Shown: piece after piece, positions 16,665 to 19,955 of the stretch
Numbering within the stretch: position 1 is the stretch's first letter
Layout: each line of letters starts with the position of its first letter
NCBI GenBank assembly: GCA_963677925.2
Contig: CAXXYH010000002.1
Coordinates: 1-19,955 of the forward strand
Direction of reading: 5' to 3'
Origin: Spirochaetia bacterium
GTDB taxonomy: Bacteria; Spirochaetota; Spirochaetia; UBA9216
Length of the DNA stretch: 19,955 bases
Made by a program: the position numbers and the translations under genes
Notes under the pieces: generated by a model
Database searches by the model: none
Seen by the model: only the letters and a program-made list of their open reading frames with translations
What the model was told of the DNA's origin: nothing

Positions 16665-17744
16665 ATGAAGAATGTAATTGTTACTTTTCTTTCGGTTGTA
16701 GTCATCCTTACTGTACTTATATCATGCAATCCAGAAACTACACCGGACATCAATCCCAATTATGATTTGGAGCTCAATTTTACTGATGTTACACTGGATG
16801 ATTTATCCAGAATTAACTTTGGTGAAATTCAGGTCGGTGAATCCTCTGAAACTGTTTCAGGGACGATAGAAAATACTGGTGATACTGTCTTCAAAATTAA
16901 CAGTATAACAGTCGATAATACAGATGATTTTACAGTTTCTGTCAGTGGGCTTCCCGGTGATCTTGAATCCGGAAGTGTTGTCAGTTTTTCAGTAACCTTT
17001 AATCCATCCGACAACGGCACAAGAGATGCCGCAGTTGCTGTCAGTTATGAAACGGATGCGGTTAATACGGTGTCCTTTAATCTTACCGGAACAGGAAATT
17101 ATGCACCGGAGGCCGTATTCGGAATAGCAGTCAGTAATACTACTGAGATTACACAGATTGAGGGATTTTACTTAAAAGATGTCTCGGGCGACTACTATAC
17201 AATGGAAAATGCCGGAATTACCTATTATATTTATTATTATGACTCTGACGGAGGGTTCTGGGCTATCAGTGATTCCATGGATGATAATGTATACCCCCAT
17301 TATGGAGAGGAATCCGCTCCTCTGGCTGCTATCGGACCATTAACCAATATTGTCTATTACTATCCGATTGAACGTCAGTTTGATTCTTCAACAAACAGAT
17401 ACTGGGAAGAGATAATTGAAGGATATAGATCTGATTCACCTACAATGAGCTTCTACACAGGAGTCACAAGGATAATGAATCAACTTAGAGCAGATTATGT
17501 CTATACAGACACTGACGATGATGACGAAGCAGATACGGTGATAGCATGGTATATTTCCGATTCGGCTGATGGCACCTACACGCTGATAGATGGTGAAACA
17601 GCAGCTTCGTATAATATTCAATCTTCAGATGTTGGTAAATATATCAAAGCAGTTGTTACACCGGTAGATTCAAAAGGATATGAAGGCGAGCCGGTTTCAA
17701 GCGACCCATATTATATTGAAACCCTGATACCGCTGGTCACTTAA
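16665..17744 (+). CDS. Acidic surface lipoprotein with an ASH/choice-of-anchor-D-like Ig domain and a C-terminal Ig-like domain
   Basis: Lipobox LIS-C; INFGEIQVGES...IENTG...FSVTFNP...G.R.A...LTGTG pattern; C-terminal WY.S......IDGETAASY....DVGKYIKAVVTP pattern. Confidence 0.8.
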   Translation: MKNVIVTFLSVVVILTVLISCNPETTPDINPNYDLELNFTDVTLDDLSRINFGEIQVGESSETVSGTIENTGDTVFKINSITVDNTDDFTVSVSGLPGDLESGSVVSFSVTFNPSDNGTRDAAVAVSYETDAVNTVSFNLTGTGNYAPEAVFGIAVSNTTEITQIEGFYLKDVSGDYYTMENAGITYYIYYYDSDGGFWAISDSMDDNVYPHYGEESAPLAAIGPLTNIVYYYPIERQFDSSTNRYWEEIIEGYRSDSPTMSFYTGVTRIMNQLRADYVYTDTDDDDEADTVIAWYISDSADGTYTLIDGETAASYNIQSSDVGKYIKAVVTPVDSKGYEGEPVSSDPYYIETLIPLVT

Positions 17745-17762
17745 CTCTGAGGGTGAAACTTT

Positions 17763-18566
17763 TTACAGCAGAGCGGCACCTATTGCTGTGGCATATTCCG
17801 CATCCTGAGGAAATTCGTACTTAATTCCGTACATTTCTGATATTTTATTGAGTACATTCTGACCCAGGAGATTATGGCTGCCGTTTCCTGTTACAACTAC
17901 AATGTCTTTGTTTCTGCTCTGGGCTGCAAATACTGCTATCATCCCGATAACCTGGTAGATCATGTTTATCAGGCCCAGGGCGATGTCCTCTTTAGAAGCA
18001 GTATCAAGGATTTTTCCAAAATTGGAGGCAGTATCTTCCATGTTCAGAAAGCTGATGTTCTTTTCAACAATATCACCGATCAGAAGATCTACTGAATTCA
18101 ATGTTCCTTTTTCAGCCAGCTCGACAATACCCTTAAAATCAGATGTGTTCAGAAGCAGTTTAGCCAGACCGACGAGTGTACCGCCTCCAACAGCGGTTCC
18201 GCCTAAATGTGAAATTTTGCCTCCGATATTCTCCACCATCGCAGTACCGGTTCCAATATTTGCTATAACAATATCATCCTTACCGGAGAGAAACTTCCCT
18301 CCGTGACCGATGGCATTGATCTCTTCGATTTTTTTTGTTGGTATATTAAAAATATTTTTATGAATTTTGAGAGCGCCTGCTCCGGTAATATTGATTTTCT
18401 GAATATCACCTATTTCAATATCGTGCTCAACTGTGATACGTCCTAAAACCCCTGTTGCAGAGGTTACAGAGTCGGAAGCTTTTACTTTCATTTTGGTAAG
18501 CAGTTTATTGTCTTTCATGACAACAGCCTTGGTTGTTGTACTGCCTATATCTATTCCTACTATCAT
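17763..18566 (-). CDS. coaW: Type II pantothenate kinase (Fumble/CoaW family)
   Basis: GIDIGSTTTK, ITGAGA, E..A, ANIGTGT, GG..VGGGT..GL..LL, VDL.I.DI, TASNFG and AIGA follow the S. aureus CoaW pattern; 267 aa. Confidence 0.85.
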   Translation of the reverse strand: MIVGIDIGSTTTKAVVMKDNKLLTKMKVKASDSVTSATGVLGRITVEHDIEIGDIQKINITGAGALKIHKNIFNIPTKKIEEINAIGHGGKFLSGKDDIVIANIGTGTAMVENIGGKISHLGGTAVGGGTLVGLAKLLLNTSDFKGIVELAEKGTLNSVDLLIGDIVEKNISFLNMEDTASNFGKILDTASKEDIALGLINMIYQVIGMIAVFAAQSRNKDIVVVTGNGSHNLLGQNVLNKISEMYGIKYEFPQDAEYATAIGAALL

Positions 18567-18626
18567 AAAAACTCCTTCAGTTACACCATATGTAACATCT
18601 ATATGCTATTAAAAAGATGATTTTGT

Positions 18627-19955
18627 CTACAAGAAAAGAGGTATCTGAACAAGGAAACCGGCGCCTCCAAGGTCCGACTGAAAATATTCTATGCTTCCGC
18701 CATGATTTTCAATAATCAGCTGCACAGAGCTAAGCCCTACTCCAAGTCCTCTGCTGTTCCGTGTCTGATCAGCCCTGTAGAAAACTCCGAAAATTTTATC
18801 TCTGTGTTCCGCGCTTATACCGGGTCCGGAATCCTCCAGACGCAGAAGCAGGCTGTTCTCATGTCTTTCAACTGAAAGTCTGATTATATCATTGTCATCT
18901 GTATATCTGCATGCATTATCAAATAGATTTTCCAGAACCTGAAAGAGCATTTTCTGATCACCGTTTATACTGATTCCGGATTCAATCGTAATATTTTTTT
19001 CAAACTGTCGTTTTCTTATAAATGCATCATCACTGAAAACCTGAGATATTTCTTCAATTAGGGTCTTAACAGAGATTTGTGTAAAGCCTGCCTGCCAGTC
19101 ACTTGTTCTAAGTTTTGCAAACTGGATAAGGTCATTTATCCGTTCTTCGAGTATGATTGAACGGTCAAAGATAACATCGGCATATTCAATAACCTGTTCC
19201 GGGGTTTCTGCCATTCCGTCTTTTAAAGCTTCAACGTAGCCCTTAATCAGGGTAAGAGGGGTTTTAAGATCATGTGAAATTGCCAGCATCATACGGCTTT
19301 GCCTTTCGTGGTTTTCCTTAAGCTCATTACGCATGCCGTCGAATGCTTTTTCGAGGGACGCAAGTTCTTTGAATATTGGATTCTTTTTACCGGCTTGTTT
19401 TGTAAGTTTAATACTAACATCAAGATTTCCCCTGCCTATTTCATTTGCGGCGTTTTCAAGTACTGTAAATGAGTGAATTGCAGGTCTAATGTTGATTATG
19501 ATGAACAGCAGGGGTATCAGAATCATACCGTAATAGATGATTACAATCAGAAGATTGCTCAGTTTAAAAAGTTTAGCTCCGGTAAAAGCCGTTTCCAGAA
19601 ACATTACCATTCCTGGTTTTCCCTGATAGGAATAAACAATGAAATTTACAGGAATGCCCGGCATTCTGTTCATCAGTTCTGTGTATATTTTGTCAAATCC
19701 GGTCCAGTCACGTTTATCAAGTTCATACTGAACCTCATGTCTTGCCCATATAATGTTTGCCTCATCATCAAGTACCATGATAATTCCTGCTGAATGCTCA
19801 TCAAGCGTATCTGCTTCACCCTGAAGTATTTTAAGAAGCGGTTTATGCATGAATCGGGGTACCGTGAGCTCATTATCATCCTGCCAGCTCAGTGACCATG
19901 AAAGATAGAAAGTGACCGATGTAATAATTATTGATAACAGCGGGATAACGAGAAA
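18627..19955 (-). CDS. HAMP-domain sensor histidine kinase, 5'-partial
   Basis: H-box ISHDLKTPLT, N-box ENLFDNACRY, G1 DSGPGI and G2 GLGVGLS, with TM and HAMP upstream. The frame stays open from 19850 to the window edge (FLVIPLLSIIITSVTFYLSW..., TM1), so the start lies outside the window. Confidence 0.93.
   Translation of the reverse strand, partial: FLVIPLLSIIITSVTFYLSWSLSWQDDNELTVPRFMHKPLLKILQGEADTLDEHSAGIIMVLDDEANIIWARHEVQYELDKRDWTGFDKIYTELMNRMPGIPVNFIVYSYQGKPGMVMFLETAFTGAKLFKLSNLLIVIIYYGMILIPLLFIIINIRPAIHSFTVLENAANEIGRGNLDVSIKLTKQAGKKNPIFKELASLEKAFDGMRNELKENHERQSRMMLAISHDLKTPLTLIKGYVEALKDGMAETPEQVIEYADVIFDRSIILEERINDLIQFAKLRTSDWQAGFTQISVKTLIEEISQVFSDDAFIRKRQFEKNITIESGISINGDQKMLFQVLENLFDNACRYTDDNDIIRLSVERHENSLLLRLEDSGPGISAEHRDKIFGVFYRADQTRNSRGLGVGLSSVQLIIENHGGSIEYFQSDLGGAGFLVQIPLFL

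Noticed and set aside
17763-18566. BadF/BcrA-type 2-hydroxyacyl-CoA dehydratase activase
   Set aside because: It shares GIDIGSTTTK but has no cluster-binding Cys, and the remaining motifs match type II PanK.
162-19879. Numerous short alternative ORFs (e.g. 162..365, 7143..7541, 8508..8969, 16577..16759, 17962..18306, 19473..19793)
   Set aside because: They lie antisense or off-frame to well-supported genes and have no recognisable motifs.
8330-19955. Genomic island or prophage
   Set aside because: The gene content is mixed, but I see no integrase, transposase, tRNA, att repeats or phage genes.

Overview
This is a densely coded, AT-rich bacterial window, most likely from a free-living spirochaete (inferred from the spirochaete-type 'AFAGGxxE' signal peptide, Cys lipoproteins and TPR membrane proteins). 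About 19 genes are supported. From left to right: two minus-strand TPR proteins (the first partial and frameshifted); a membrane-anchored TPR protein ending in a degenerate Mrr-like nuclease domain (frameshifted in an A8 run); a lipoprotein and a glycerol-3-phosphate acyltransferase; a phnD-phnC-phnE ABC importer whose permease has a large extra domain; a translationally coupled operon of GNAT, orphan m4C DNA methyltransferase and EFR1 flavodoxin/ferredoxin; an MMPL/RND transporter with a short asparaginase; a secreted His-Me nuclease; a GH29 fucosidase fused to a 4-TM domain; a 75-aa protein; an Ig-domain lipoprotein; a type II pantothenate kinase; and a partial HAMP histidine kinase. I saw no rRNA, tRNA, CRISPR array, integrase or transposase. 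The most interesting observations are the orphan methyltransferase resembling CTAG m4C enzymes (CTAG is scarce in the window), the membrane-fused GH29 with an insertion near the active site, the TPR plus apparently inactive Mrr protein, and three apparently leaderless promoters. All family assignments come from motif recognition by eye; no searches were run.
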